Shown: positions 24,044 to 35,482 of the stretch, piece after piece
Position numbering within the stretch: position 1 is the stretch's first letter
Layout of the letters: every line of letters starts with the position of its first letter
Assembly (NCBI GenBank): GCA_965226885.1
Contig: CBDDEL010000013.1
Location: forward strand, 64,001-128,000
DNA length: 64,000 bases
Origin: Opitutales bacterium
GTDB lineage: Bacteria > Verrucomicrobiota > Verrucomicrobiia > Opitutales > UBA2987
Reading direction: 5' to 3'
The notes under the pieces: generated by a model
Databases searched by the model: none
The model's input: the letters and a program-made list of their open reading frames with translations, nothing else
Told to the model about the DNA's origin: nothing
Program-made: the position numbers and the translations under genes

Positions 24044-25311
24044 TTACGTTTTGTAAGCATTTAAAACTTTTTTCAAGACTGCGGCGATTAACTGAACATG
24101 TTCGCTGTGCAAACATTCGTTCCAGGGTAGAATTATGGTTTCCCGGCAGCATTTTTCGGCCAGGGGGCATAATCCTTCTTCGTATTTCCATCGTTTGCGC
24201 GCGGTGGGCGCATTGAATGGCCAACCGGATTTACCAAACGTTTTTTGATCCCGGATCGGATCATTGCATAGAGGTAGAGCGGAATCGGTCCGGGGTAGCC
24301 ATGTTCGCAACCCAGACCCTCGGCCCTGAGTGCTTGAACAATGGTTTCCGTGTCGGCCGTAAGTCGTTCCGGCTTGAGACGAAAACAATAATAAAAATAG
24401 GTCTGCTTGCAATCCGGCAAGGTTCCCACCGGTTCAACGGCTTTCTCTTCCCAGAGCAATTGGTCCAGTTCCGCCGCGGCCTCGCGCCGGGCTTCGATGG
24501 AAATGGAATATTTTTGTATTTGGGCGATCCCGACCGCAGCCTGCAATTCCGTCATGTGGTAATTGGGGGCCAGGAAATAATGATCGCGGCCCGGTTTGTG
24601 GCGGGGCCAACCTTTATCAAAGCATTCGCGTAGCCTTCGCCCGAAACGCCGGTCTTCGTTCGCCATTACCAACCCGCCATCGCCCGTCGTTATGTGTTTG
24701 CTTTGTTGAAAACTGAAACAGCCGATATTGCCGATGGCACCGGCCAGGCGGCCTTTATATTCGGTCATGTGGGCCTGAGCGCAGTCCTCGATGACGAAAA
24801 GGTTGTGCCTGCGCGCAATTTCCATAATCGGATCCATGTCCGCCGGGCTACCGTAAATATGCGTCACCATGATACCCCGTGTGCGCGGTGAAATGTGCTC
24901 CTCGATTTTTCTGGGATCCATATTCTGGTTAAATGGATCGACCTCCACAAAAACCGGAATGGCCTGCTGGTAGAGAATTGGAATAACGCTCCCCATGTCG
25001 GTGATGGGGGAAACCAGGATTTCGTCTCCCGGCTCCGGGTCGAGATAGATCATGGCGGTGTGCAGGGCAGCCGTGCCGCTGCTCACGGCAACGCTATGAT
25101 CAACCTGGTAAAGCTGGCAAAAAAGCTTTTCAAATTCCGCAACCTTGCTGCCGTAAATATAGGCCAGGCATCCGCTCTCGAGCACTTCCTTGACCAGGGC
25201 CATCTCCTCTTCGCCAATGAGACGGCCGGATGCGTTCTTTATGGTCGGCAATGGCGATGCGATGACCGGCTTGCCGCCCTCAATGGCCAGTTTTTCAATT
25301 TCCGTTCTCAT
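24044..25311 (-). pseudogene. DegT/DnrJ/EryC1/StrS PLP aminotransferase with C-terminal frameshift
   Basis: 'SSGTAALH', 'IEDCAQAH', 'FSFQQSKHITTGDGG'. A 5-bp duplication (cggat, 24252-24261) shifts the frame; removal gives YAMIRDQKTFGKSGWPF...LPWNE ending at 24044. Confidence 0.85.
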
Positions 25312-25323
25312 TAAAATAAATAA

Positions 25324-26172
25324 TTATCCTTTTATCGCTCCCGATCCGATGCCGCGAACAAAGACTCGCATTCCAAAAATAAATAGGATGATCAGCGGTA
25401 TGGCTGCAATTAAATAAGTGGCCATCATAGGGCCCCATTGTTTCAGATTAACGCCGTCCAGTTGATAGAGTTTAACCCCGATGGGGTAGAGTTCCTCTTT
25501 GCCCAATACAATGAGGGGCAGAACGAAGTCGTTCCAGTGATTGATAAAGTCGAGGATGGCGACCGTTACTATGATGGGCGTGCAGATGGGGACGACGACA
25601 TGGATGATTTGCCTGAAATCGCTGGCCCCGTCCATCTGTGCGGAGTCGAATAGGTCCTGCGGAATGTCCTCAATAAAATTGCGCAGAAGATAAATCGCCA
25701 CCACCTGCGCCGTTGCCGTGGCCGGAATGATAACCCCGGCAAAAGTTCCCAGCAGGCCGAGATCCCTCAGCAAGGCAAAAAGCGGGATCAGATTCACCAC
25801 CCCGGGAATGAACATCTGCATGAGAAAAAGTAGAAAAAGGAATCTGCCGCCGGGCATTTTATAACGACCAAAGAAATAGGCGGCACAAATGGAAATGGCC
25901 AGATTGAAAGCGGTTGCCGTGAAGGAGATAAAGATAGTTACGTAAATGGAGCCGCTGATCTGCTTCCAGCCCGTCATCCAGTTGCTCCAATAATAAGGAG
26001 ATATGGGTATGAGCGGATCGTTAAAAAACTGCTCATTAGTTTTCAGGCTAATATTCAAAATCATGTAGAGCGGAAAAAAAGCAAAAAACAAGATCAGCCA
26101 AATGAAAGCGTGCTTGGGCAGTTCCCATCTACGCTTCTGAAGGAATTGATTCAATGGTGATTTGCTTTTCAC
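25324..26172 (-). CDS. Carbohydrate ABC transporter permease (MalG-like)
   Basis: Multi-TM; EAA-loop 'DLFDSAQMDGAS'; 'WNDF'. Confidence 0.92.
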   Translation of the reverse strand: MKSKSPLNQFLQKRRWELPKHAFIWLILFFAFFPLYMILNISLKTNEQFFNDPLIPISPYYWSNWMTGWKQISGSIYVTIFISFTATAFNLAISICAAYFFGRYKMPGGRFLFLLFLMQMFIPGVVNLIPLFALLRDLGLLGTFAGVIIPATATAQVVAIYLLRNFIEDIPQDLFDSAQMDGASDFRQIIHVVVPICTPIIVTVAILDFINHWNDFVLPLIVLGKEELYPIGVKLYQLDGVNLKQWGPMMATYLIAAIPLIILFIFGMRVFVRGIGSGAIKG

Positions 26173-27119
26173 TTATCTACCCTCACGTACTTTTGGTTGA
26201 CGTAGGTTAACAAGAGGATGATGATAAACATAACGATCCCCAGCGCGCAGGCGTAACCCATTTCGGTTTCCTTGTCGTAAAAGGCTTTTCGAAACATGTA
26301 GAGGCCCGGAACGAGGCCCGCTCCTCCGGGTCCGCCGGTATTGCCGAGGAGCACGAGGACCAGGCCGTAATCCTTGATCGTCCCGATTATCATGAGGACA
26401 AGATTGATGCGAACCTGGGTCAGAATGAGGGGCAGCTCGACGCTCCAGAAGGTTCGGAAAGGCCCGGCGCCGTCGATCTTGGCTGCGGCATAAACATCAT
26501 CGGAAATGCCTGAGAGTCCCGAAAGGTAAATTAACACCCCGATAGTTCCCACCCAGGGAAAGCCCCAGAGAATGAGCGAAGGCAAAATGAGTTCGGGTCT
26601 GCCGAGCCAGGCCGGGCTGGTTCCTTCCACAAACACGGCCCATTGGAACAGGCCATCGATGTAAATGAGGACTTCCATCAGGCGGGTAAACTCGAGAAAA
26701 GTGTTCAATATGCCGAAATTGGGATCGAAGAAATATTTCCAGATCAAAATCATAACGATTGCCGGAATGATAAGAGGAATGACAAAGAGAACCTGGTAGA
26801 AATAACCGAATCTGGCACTTTTGAGGCGGTGGATGGCGACCGCCACGGCAATAGACGGTATCATTTTAAAGAGATTGGCGACGACGAGAATGGAAACAAT
26901 GAAGTAACCATATCTGACGTAAGGATCGGTAAACGCTCTGCGATAATTGTCGAAACCAATGAACTCCTTTATATAACCGCCGTCCCAATTGAAAAAAGAA
27001 TAATAGATGGCTCCCCAGGCCGGGAAATAGGCGAAAGTGAGAAGCAGGGTCAGGCTGGGCAGAACCCACAAGTAAACCTGCCAATGGAACCTCAGTTGTC
27101 TTATGCCGACCTGCTTCAT
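26169..27119 (-). CDS. Carbohydrate ABC transporter permease (MalF-like)
   Basis: 'FIGFDNY', EAA-loop 'YAAAKIDGAG', 'MGYACA'; 4-bp overlaps with both neighbours. Confidence 0.92.
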   Translation of the reverse strand: MKQVGIRQLRFHWQVYLWVLPSLTLLLTFAYFPAWGAIYYSFFNWDGGYIKEFIGFDNYRRAFTDPYVRYGYFIVSILVVANLFKMIPSIAVAVAIHRLKSARFGYFYQVLFVIPLIIPAIVMILIWKYFFDPNFGILNTFLEFTRLMEVLIYIDGLFQWAVFVEGTSPAWLGRPELILPSLILWGFPWVGTIGVLIYLSGLSGISDDVYAAAKIDGAGPFRTFWSVELPLILTQVRINLVLMIIGTIKDYGLVLVLLGNTGGPGGAGLVPGLYMFRKAFYDKETEMGYACALGIVMFIIILLLTYVNQKYVRVDK

Positions 27120-28147
27120 AAATCACCTGGAAGTTTGCGCATTATCGACAATATTTTTTCATTGGGAGGTATGGGAAACAACTCGACCGGCAATTGGCTT
27201 CGAGGTGGAAACGAATACGTTCCATTTTTGATTTGCTCGTGAACATATTGCCGATAGGTGAACACATGCCCAAAAAATGCCTGAATGACTTGCACTCCCA
27301 ACTGATATGGGGTACCCGTTCCCATGGTCTGCCCCGGTTTCATTTGACCGGCTTCTTCGAACAACAGTTTCACTCGCGAACGGGCCAGATTGCGCTCTCT
27401 TCCAACATTCTCTTTTTTGCTGATGGCGTCGCGCTGCACCATGAGCCATTCCTCTCCCTTGGTGACCCACAGGTGCATAAAATCATCCATATACTCATCG
27501 AAGGAAAGCTGGCCTCCAAGGTACAGAAAGAAATTCTGGTCGAAATACAGTTCGATATCTGGTGCCGTTAGATAATCGAGAAAACTCGATACTCCCTGAT
27601 CAACCGGAGCGAATATTTTCAACTCATCTTTGGTTTTGGCATTGCGAATGGCGGGATACCAGTCGAGTTGCCGGCAAAACCACTCGTTGTTGCGAACCGA
27701 CGTGCAGAACTTCATGAAGTCCAGTGCGATATCTTTATTATAGCTTGACTTGGAAAGGCCGAAAAGAAACTTGGTGATCGGCTCCTCCCAGGTCTGGCCC
27801 ATAAAGTATTTGCCGTATTTGGGATCGTTTTCATCCGGTAGGGGCATGCGGAAAGCTCCGACGTCGAACTTGGCCGTTTGATTATAAAGGACGAAGTCAT
27901 AAGTCATGCCCAAAACCATGGCCGCCCGCTGGCGGACGAAGAGAAAGCGCACCTGATCGGCCATATCGCTAATAAACCCGGGCTGGAAGTTTTGCGCCAG
28001 TTCTCGCTGTAGATCGTATGCGGACCTTAATCGTGCCGTTTTCAGGTTGAGTGTGCCGGTTTGCAAACCCCACAGCAATCCCTGCGAGGTGGGGCCGGCC
28101 CCGGCATTGACATCGTAGGGGATCAGCATTCCGCCGGTAAAACTTTG

Positions 28148-28949
28148 GGTAGTGTATTAAGTAGGAATGGTGGCTAATTCTTGATTATATTGATGAATGA
28201 AAAGTCTCAGACAGGTTTCATGCATACTCTTAAGCTTGGAAAAGGAGAGGGTTTTGCGTGTGAAACGACCCAGTCGTTGGCGCAGGGTATTGTTCCATCG
28301 TTCCACATGGGCCGTTTCACCGGTTTCTTTTCCCACGGATCGGTTATGAGGAAAGACTTCATCATAAGTGCTCCAAAAGTCGCTGTAGGTGGCACATCTT
28401 TTGTAGGCCCGTGGCAGACGCTCGTAAAGTTCCCGGCAACGATACCAATCCCGAGGCCCAATGGCATAGGAGAGGATTTGACGGGTGCGTCGGCAAAGAG
28501 CGATCCAAACCCATTGGGCATCGCTCTTGCGCCCCACAAAAGACCACAGTTCGTCCAGTTCAATGACATCATGGCGGCGGGCCGCAAGAATCGTGCTTTT
28601 GAGCGGTCGCAGCGATTGTCGTTTTTTTTAACCAACTCAAAACGGTGTTGGGACTCACCCCGAAGGCGCGCTGTAAACCGCGTAGACTGCTGCGTTCCTG
28701 ATAGACTCGAAGGATCATTTCTTTTTGCTCTTCGGTGTATTTCACTGTGGGGTTTTCGCGGCTTTGTTTACCACAATCATGGCAGCGGTAGCGCTGTTTA
28801 TGGTTGGGCGTCTTGCCAAATTTAATGATATTTTCACTTCCACAGTGCCGACAATTAATAATTTTAGTAACCATGCACTAAGAATAAACTGCCTAACGCT
28901 ATTTGTACAGCTAAAAATACAAAATAACATTCTTTTTTTATACACTACC
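28148..28949 (-). mobile_element. IS1-family element, copy A (802 bp)
   Basis: Ends GGTAGTGTAT.../...ATACACTACC; 8-bp TSD AAACTTTG (28140-28147, 28950-28957). Confidence 0.95.
28157..28874 (-). CDS. IS1 transposase InsA+InsB (two frames joined at an A8 run)
   Basis: Zn-ribbon CRHC...CHDC and HTH (28569-28874), then 'ELDELWSFVG', 'SDFW', 'ERWNNTLRQR'. Confidence 0.88.
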
Positions 28950-29737
28950 AAACTTTGCAGGTAGTAATTATGAAAACTGTTCTGTTTGACGTCTTCACGC
29001 GTCACCGCGATTGGAAAAATCTTTTCTCCTTTCTGGCGGGCATATTCTTTGATGGCCGCGCAGATTTCCATCCAATGCTGAAAATTCCTCGGCGGCGCAT
29101 CGCTGCCGGTTGCTTCTCTAAAAAGATCTTTGTTGTAGAAAATTCGAACGGTTTCGACCGTCAAAGGAATGCCATAAAACTCCAGCAGGGAATAAAAATA
29201 TCCTCCTTCCATGCCGTCGGTATAGGTATTGCGCCAGGGAACGCCTTCCATGCCGGTGCCGGCATTGTAGGGATTAACTTCACCCACTCGCGATGTCAGC
29301 ACTTCCTGAAACCTGGAGGCCATGGTCCAGTTGCCCCGTTCCTCGAGTTGAAAGAGGTCCGGGGTGGTTCTTCCGATCTGCTGGGTGTTCAGCCACTGTT
29401 GATAGGCGCGTTTGGGAACGGATTGAATGATTATTCTTACCTCGGGATGCAATTCCTCATAATCGCGCGCCAATTTATTGAACGCTTCCATTACGTTCTC
29501 TTCACTCAGAAAATGCGCGAGGCGGATGACGATCCGATCTCCGTCTTCCTCATCCGGCTGGTCGCTTTGTATTTTAATTACGTGATATATGGAAACGACA
29601 TAAGAGGCCAAAAGAAGGAAGAGGCCGAAAACAAGAAAAGGTGAGAGGGTTCGCCTGTGTTCCTTTGCTGGCAGCTTCGAATTCATTTGCGGTAATTTTT
29701 AAAAAAAATGAACAACCCGTTATTGTGGTGGAGGGGA

Positions 29738-30688
29738 TTAGCCTTTTGACCTATTATTCAAATAACGATTTATCCTTTCTATCATTTCTTTGGCTGGAAG
29801 CGACTCGCGTCCGGTTGGTGATTCGTTGACGATTTTCTCGAACCAGGGGAGCGCTTCCTCGACCCGATTAAGCCGCATGAAATTCATGGCTGTGTGCCAG
29901 AAATCTTCCGGCCAACGGTAGGGGTCTTCCATCCGCAAAGTGCTGTTGGCGACAGAGTGGGGCAGGCTCTTTTCATAATCCTGCAGGCAGGCGAAATAAA
30001 AATAACCCACCCGATAGTGCATGCTTCCCACCAGGGGGTTGTCAGGGTATTTTTCAATATGTTTTTCGAGGACGGAAAGACCCGCCTGGATTTCTGTAGG
30101 ATCGATGATTTTTCCCAAATAGGTATCGGCCAGGCGGAGAGCGGTTTCGTGAATGGCGAGGCTTTTTGGGTAATTGCGGAGAAGTCGTTGATAATGCCGC
30201 CTGGCCTCCAGTTTGCCCTCTAGCGCATAAACATTCTCCATTATGCCAAGCTCCAGGAGAGCCCAGGCGGCGGCGCTGTTTTGCGTGTATGCTTCCACCA
30301 GTTGGTTAAAATATTCCCTGGCCTCGTTTTTATCTTCCTTCGTCTGGCTGTAGCGGTAACAGAGCCCGAGACCGTAAAGAGCCTGTACTCGGTCGCTTTC
30401 GGCGGCATTTGGGGCATTGTTGACGCGCTCGAACAGGTCAATGGCTTCCGCCATATTGAGCGATCCAAAAGCATTCCAAGCTATTTTCAAATCTTCAGAG
30501 AACCGCCCCGCAGCTTGGCGTTCGCTCATCAAAACCACGTATTCACGTTGGCGCCGGAGTTTGTCTGTCTGCTGGGAATCGGAAGCGGATGCCGGCAAAC
30601 CTGCCCACAGGGCCAGAGCCGATAAAAGGATTGGAATGAGAAATCTGGGAATGCCTGTCAATTTACTGCCCAACTGTAAGATTTGCAT
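29738..30688 (-). CDS. Secreted tetratricopeptide-repeat protein
   Basis: Signal peptide; TPR-like 'ALYGLGLCY', 'YFNQLVEAY', 'YQRLLRNYP', 'FEKIVNESP'. Confidence 0.75.
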   Translation of the reverse strand: MQILQLGSKLTGIPRFLIPILLSALALWAGLPASASDSQQTDKLRRQREYVVLMSERQAAGRFSEDLKIAWNAFGSLNMAEAIDLFERVNNAPNAAESDRVQALYGLGLCYRYSQTKEDKNEAREYFNQLVEAYTQNSAAAWALLELGIMENVYALEGKLEARRHYQRLLRNYPKSLAIHETALRLADTYLGKIIDPTEIQAGLSVLEKHIEKYPDNPLVGSMHYRVGYFYFACLQDYEKSLPHSVANSTLRMEDPYRWPEDFWHTAMNFMRLNRVEEALPWFEKIVNESPTGRESLPAKEMIERINRYLNNRSKG

Positions 30689-30707
30689 CCTTTTCCAATT
30701 TCATGAT

Positions 30708-32045
30708 TCAGGTAAACGTCCATGTTGGAGAATACTCCCGGTCGTAAGTAATTTCTGAATAATAGACCCCGCAGGCGTCAATTTCTTCCTGGGTGGTGAT
30801 ACCCTTGAAATTGCCGATGGAGTATTCGCGCGGCAAGATTGCCCGTGTGCGGACAAAATAGGTGGCATAACCGCTCCGACCCCCCGGGTGCGGAAGCAGG
30901 CGGCAAAAATGCATCGAGGGAGCGTGTTTTTCCGGAATTGGCAACCCCTCCTTTATGCTGTCGAAAACAATATTGGAGTGAGTCACCGAGAAATTATCAT
31001 CGGGATCGATATCGAGGACGTTTAAGGGTATTCGTCTTCGAAAAATATGCTGGTAGGGCGAATTGCGTTGATCGGTCGTAAAAACGCGGACCACGCCATC
31101 GGGGAACCTATAAACGGTCCGGGGGCAGTGGCTGCCGACCTCCTCGGAGAGGATCAGTTCGGGTTTCCAATTGAAGAGATCGTTGGTGCGAAACCAGGCG
31201 ATTCCGTAATCCTTTCCTCCCAGGCGAGCGGCAAAGAGCCAGTCCCCGTTATAAGAGACGATGGAGCCTTCCCCGATGGACCGGTTGGGCGGTCCTTTGA
31301 GTTGCGGACCCGATTCCACCCAATCATAGATTCCTGTCTCCTGGTTCCACCGGTATTTAACCGGCACGCAGACCCCGCCCCAATGTTGGGCGTGGACCCA
31401 TTCGGAGCGATCCTCGTTATATGCCACAGGAGCGACAAAAGAATGGTTCATGTGGCGAAGTTCTTCGTGCGAACAGAGGGCCTCGCCGGTTTCATAACCT
31501 TTCTGGCGCAAACTCTTGAGCGGTTGCACTATCTCAATGTCGTCTTCCTTTTCATTTAAGCGAATCTGCACCCAAACGCAACGGTGGCTGCCCTCCGGCG
31601 TCGGCATTTCCTGGTTTTGCCAGAGGTAATTGGTTTCCGGGTCGAGGACTCGCGCATGGTTGCCCCAAGCCACCGCGAATACGCCCTCGTGGGGAACTCG
31701 CCGACCGTTGACGAGAGCCCCCTTGGGCACTCCGAAGGCTATCGAGTGATTCCCCTGCCTGACAAATTTTCCGCCGTCTCCAAGTGGGTCCCAGTCGTCG
31801 ATGGATTTTTCCAGGTATCCCTCGGCCAGGACTTCGCCGTCCGGCCTGTCCTTGCGCAATTGGTAAACCACGCTGCAATTATCGTCCACCCCGCGGAATC
31901 CGCGCGTTTCATAGACAACAAACCAGCGATCCCGGCTGACCTGGATAGTGTTGTGCTGCGCTGGAACGCGCTGGTCTGCCTTGGTCTCACCTTCCAGGCG
32001 GCACTCTTCGATGTAGTATCCCTTGGATTCGATTTTTTCAATCAT
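30708..32045 (-). CDS. Hypothetical protein, first gene of the sugar cluster
   Basis: 445-aa ORF preceded by AT-rich intergenic DNA, co-oriented with the cluster; no recognised motif. Confidence 0.65.
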   Translation of the reverse strand: MIEKIESKGYYIEECRLEGETKADQRVPAQHNTIQVSRDRWFVVYETRGFRGVDDNCSVVYQLRKDRPDGEVLAEGYLEKSIDDWDPLGDGGKFVRQGNHSIAFGVPKGALVNGRRVPHEGVFAVAWGNHARVLDPETNYLWQNQEMPTPEGSHRCVWVQIRLNEKEDDIEIVQPLKSLRQKGYETGEALCSHEELRHMNHSFVAPVAYNEDRSEWVHAQHWGGVCVPVKYRWNQETGIYDWVESGPQLKGPPNRSIGEGSIVSYNGDWLFAARLGGKDYGIAWFRTNDLFNWKPELILSEEVGSHCPRTVYRFPDGVVRVFTTDQRNSPYQHIFRRRIPLNVLDIDPDDNFSVTHSNIVFDSIKEGLPIPEKHAPSMHFCRLLPHPGGRSGYATYFVRTRAILPREYSIGNFKGITTQEEIDACGVYYSEITYDREYSPTWTFT

Positions 32046-32616
32046 TCGTATAGGATTTAGTTTAGGAGGTTATTAAATATTCAGCTATGTTTATTTGCAA
32101 AAAATAAGGGCGGATGTTCCATGCGGCCCAGAATGAATAGAGTTTTGCATTTTTAAGTTTAAACTGAATTTTGACCGGTTTATGTGGCGGGAATCCCAGG
32201 TTGCGTGCGAAAAATTACCGATTTACGGGATGGCCAGAGGATTTACCTGATTCCATTGGATGCCATAGGAAGAGAAAGCCGTGCCCATGGCCAGACGCTG
32301 GGTTAATGGGGAATAAATGGCGGCATCTTTCATCTTAATTTGAGCAAAAACAGACTGCATTGAGCCATTGTTTTTTCGGCTTGGCAATGAATAATTGTAG
32401 GATACGATATTATATATAATAGTTACAATTAAATTGGTTCATGTCAAAAAATTTGGCCCTAAAAGTTGAAATCTCAATCGAATCTTCATTGCAGGAAATG
32501 AAATTTGCCCTTAGCTCTCTGATGGATCACCTATTTTGTGAATATATATTTTAATCTCTCGTGCCTGATAGCATGAAATACATTTCCGCATATTCCGCTC
32601 CAAAATACATTTTTCG

Positions 32617-33636
32617 ATGAAATTTGTTCCCAAGTACCGGCAAGTCTTCGATCTATTAATCGAAAAAGTGAACGTGGGCAAACCTGGCCAACGACTGCCC
32701 ACGGTGCGCTCCATGATGACCGAATACAAGGTCAGCCAATCCGCCATAGAGCGTTGTCTTGATGAACTCGATCGCCAGGGCCTGATCCATCGGCGCCGAG
32801 GGAGCGGCATCTATATCGCTGGAAATACCTCGCGAAGCGTCGTCATCGGCGTCTATACCGATGGTGAGGTGGCCCCTCACTCCAATGATCTTTTTCTTAA
32901 AGGCGTCCGTGCAACGGCTGAAAAGAACGGATTTCAGATTGCCGATTTCGGCCCCAAGGATAAATACCAGGCGCAGGCCGAAATCCTCGCAACTATGGAA
33001 AATTTAGGATGTGCCGGCATCATCACCGCTCTTTCGACGAGCAATTTTTTTCGACTTGAAAACGAGAGCCGCCTGGAATATTTCCGAAATCTGGCGGTCC
33101 CGTTGGTGACCTGTTTGCCGATTCCCTCCGTTGTCGCGGATTCGGTTATGCCCGATTATTTTTCTGCCTTCCGGGAATTGGGGCGGTTGCTGTGGCCCTC
33201 CCTGAAAGGCCCCATAAAATTTCTTGGCCATAACGGTATTCCCACGCTGGCGCGACTGCAAGGACTAGAGGTTGGTTTGAACAAAAAAATCCAGGTAGAA
33301 GCCGAAATTCTCCGCAAGACAGAAATAACGGCATTTGAAAGGACCGCACAATTGGTTCGGGAAAATTGGGAGGGGAATCTAGTCATTGGCGTTCCGCCGG
33401 ACAGGCCGGGACTGATCGAGGAGTTGCGCGGCAGCATATGGTCGTATGGGTCGGAATTCAAGCTGGCCATCACTCTTGAGGATGGCGATATCCTTCCCAA
33501 GGGAATTCATGCCTACAAGATTATCAAACCAAGTTATCAAATGGGGGTGGCTGCTGCCGAAATGACCATAAAACGCATACATGGCTTTCGCGGGGAGATG
33601 CAGCACAAATTGCTCAAGCACCAGATTGTCGATTGA
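32617..33636 (+). CDS. GntR-family regulator with LacI-like effector domain
   Basis: wHTH 'KPGQRLPTVR...VS...L...GLI.RR.GSGIY'; divergent from the sugar cluster. Confidence 0.85.
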   Translation: MKFVPKYRQVFDLLIEKVNVGKPGQRLPTVRSMMTEYKVSQSAIERCLDELDRQGLIHRRRGSGIYIAGNTSRSVVIGVYTDGEVAPHSNDLFLKGVRATAEKNGFQIADFGPKDKYQAQAEILATMENLGCAGIITALSTSNFFRLENESRLEYFRNLAVPLVTCLPIPSVVADSVMPDYFSAFRELGRLLWPSLKGPIKFLGHNGIPTLARLQGLEVGLNKKIQVEAEILRKTEITAFERTAQLVRENWEGNLVIGVPPDRPGLIEELRGSIWSYGSEFKLAITLEDGDILPKGIHAYKIIKPSYQMGVAAAEMTIKRIHGFRGEMQHKLLKHQIVD

Positions 33637-33737
33637 CGCAAAAACGTTTAATGAGCAGAGGTATGAAAACGCAATAGTCAGGGTGGCGGTTGCCAACCTC
33701 AGTCATATCACTTTGAATAATAGAGTTCATTTCATTG

Positions 33738-34775
33738 ATGCAAGCACTTGTTAAAACAGCCCGGGGTCCCGGCAATATGGAAATCCGCGAGGTGGCAGAA
33801 CGGCCCCTTGAACCGGGCGAAGTTCGCATCTCTATTCGTGAAGTCGGCATTTGCGGCTCCGATCTGCATATTTATCACGATCAGATCAATATACCCATCC
33901 GGACTCCCGTTGTGGTTGGACATGAGTTTAGCGGAGAGGTCGTAGAATACGGTTCGGGTGTGGAAAATGCCCGCGTGGGAGATCGCGTCACGGCCCTGAC
34001 GGCTTATAGTTATTGCGGAAAATGCCGTTATTGCCGGACCGAGTATTACAACCTTTGCCCAAGTCGTGAAACCCTCGGCTATATGCACGATGGCGCCTTT
34101 GCTCCCAGCACCATCGTTCCCGCACGCAATGTCTTGCCGTTACCTGATAACGTGGACTTTCGGGCTGGAGCCTTTACCGAACCGCTGGCTTGTTGCGTTC
34201 ATGCCGTAACTGAACTGACGGGAGTCAGCGCAGGGGATAGTGTTGCTATAGTCGGACCTGGCGCCATCGGTCTCCTTTGCCTACAGGTGGTATTGGCCGA
34301 AGGGGGCAGGGCCATCGTTCTCGGGACCGGCTCCGATGCTGGCCGGCTCGACCTCGCGCGGCAACTTGGGGCCGAGTTTACCCTCAATGTCGAGGAGAAC
34401 GACGCCCATGCTTTTGCCCTGGACTTAACCGAAGGTTATGGCGTTGACACTGTTCTGGAATGTTCGGGTCATCCCCTCGGTGCGCAACTGGCTCTCCAAT
34501 TGGTGCGAAAGCAGGGGAAATATACCCAGGTCGGTCTTTTTGGGCAGCCAATTACCCTGGATTTCGAGCAGATCGCGTTCAAGGAACTCGTCGTGACCGG
34601 TTCTCTGGGGCAGAAACCTACGGCATGGAAAAGGTCCCTTCAACTTCTCACTTCCGGGAAAATCGATGTCCACTCCCTTATTTCCCACACCTATCCACTG
34701 AGCCAATGGCAGGAAGCATTCAAAACCTTTGAAAACCGCGAAGGGGTTAAGCTCTTTTTCGACGTGTCCGCCTGA
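33738..34775 (+). CDS. Zinc-dependent alcohol/polyol dehydrogenase
   Basis: 'GICGSDLH', 'GHEFSG', C-x2-C-x2-C-x7-C, 'GPGAIG'. Confidence 0.92.
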   Translation: MQALVKTARGPGNMEIREVAERPLEPGEVRISIREVGICGSDLHIYHDQINIPIRTPVVVGHEFSGEVVEYGSGVENARVGDRVTALTAYSYCGKCRYCRTEYYNLCPSRETLGYMHDGAFAPSTIVPARNVLPLPDNVDFRAGAFTEPLACCVHAVTELTGVSAGDSVAIVGPGAIGLLCLQVVLAEGGRAIVLGTGSDAGRLDLARQLGAEFTLNVEENDAHAFALDLTEGYGVDTVLECSGHPLGAQLALQLVRKQGKYTQVGLFGQPITLDFEQIAFKELVVTGSLGQKPTAWKRSLQLLTSGKIDVHSLISHTYPLSQWQEAFKTFENREGVKLFFDVSA

Positions 34776-34951
34776 ATTTTCGCAAGCGGCGGCTCCATTT
34801 TTCAATCCCTGATTACACGGGTAAACACAGATAATTATTAAAGGCTATTTGTTAAAATTTGCTTAAAAATTTCTTTAAAGTTAAAAAAATAGCAGAAATA
34901 TATTGCAAAAGAAAATATTTTGAGTATTTATCGATCAATTGAGATCGAAAA

Positions 34952-35482
34952 ATGACTTATAAAATGTATGATTTCACGGTCCTGCGGGAGATGCGCAAGA
35001 AGGAGGGCCTTACCATTGGCGACGTGTCTCAAACCTCGGGAGTATCCTCGGCGGTCATTTCTAAACTGGAGCGCAATCAGACCAAGGCGGAGCTGGAAAC
35101 GCTATATAAACTGGGGAGGGTGTTCGGCATAAGCGCCACCGATTTAATTTCCCTGGCCGAATCCCGGCTGTCGCATTGCAAACAATCCGTGTCCTACCAG
35201 TCGGGTGGGTATCATTTTCAAAAAATAGAATATGCCAATTTGCGCTGTTTTTTGGCCGAGGCTCCGAAAGGAACTAAGTTGTCCAAACCGGAAATTCACC
35301 GCGACGATTATGAATTTTGCTGGGTTCTGGAGGGGAGCATTGACATTAAACTACCCCACGAATCGGTAAACTTAAAGGCTGGGCAGAGCGTGCAATTCGA
35401 CGCCATTCAGGAACACACTTATGAAGCTCTCGAAGATTCAAAAATACTGATTATCCACCTGAAAAAAGAGAATCGTTTTTAA
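34952..35482 (+). CDS. XRE-family HTH regulator with cupin domain
   Basis: N-terminal HTH 'SGVSSAVISKLER'; C-terminal 'H...EFCWVLEG...FDA..EH.Y'. Confidence 0.88.
   Translation: MTYKMYDFTVLREMRKKEGLTIGDVSQTSGVSSAVISKLERNQTKAELETLYKLGRVFGISATDLISLAESRLSHCKQSVSYQSGGYHFQKIEYANLRCFLAEAPKGTKLSKPEIHRDDYEFCWVLEGSIDIKLPHESVNLKAGQSVQFDAIQEHTYEALEDSKILIIHLKKENRF

Larger units (their letters stand above)
27116..29686 (-). pseudogene. ABC sugar-binding protein interrupted by IS1
   Basis: N-terminal TM anchor, 'YEELHPEV', 'FYGIP...IFYNKDLF'. Removing the IS and one TSD gives YYLQSFTGGMLIPY in frame (about 586 aa). Confidence 0.88.
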
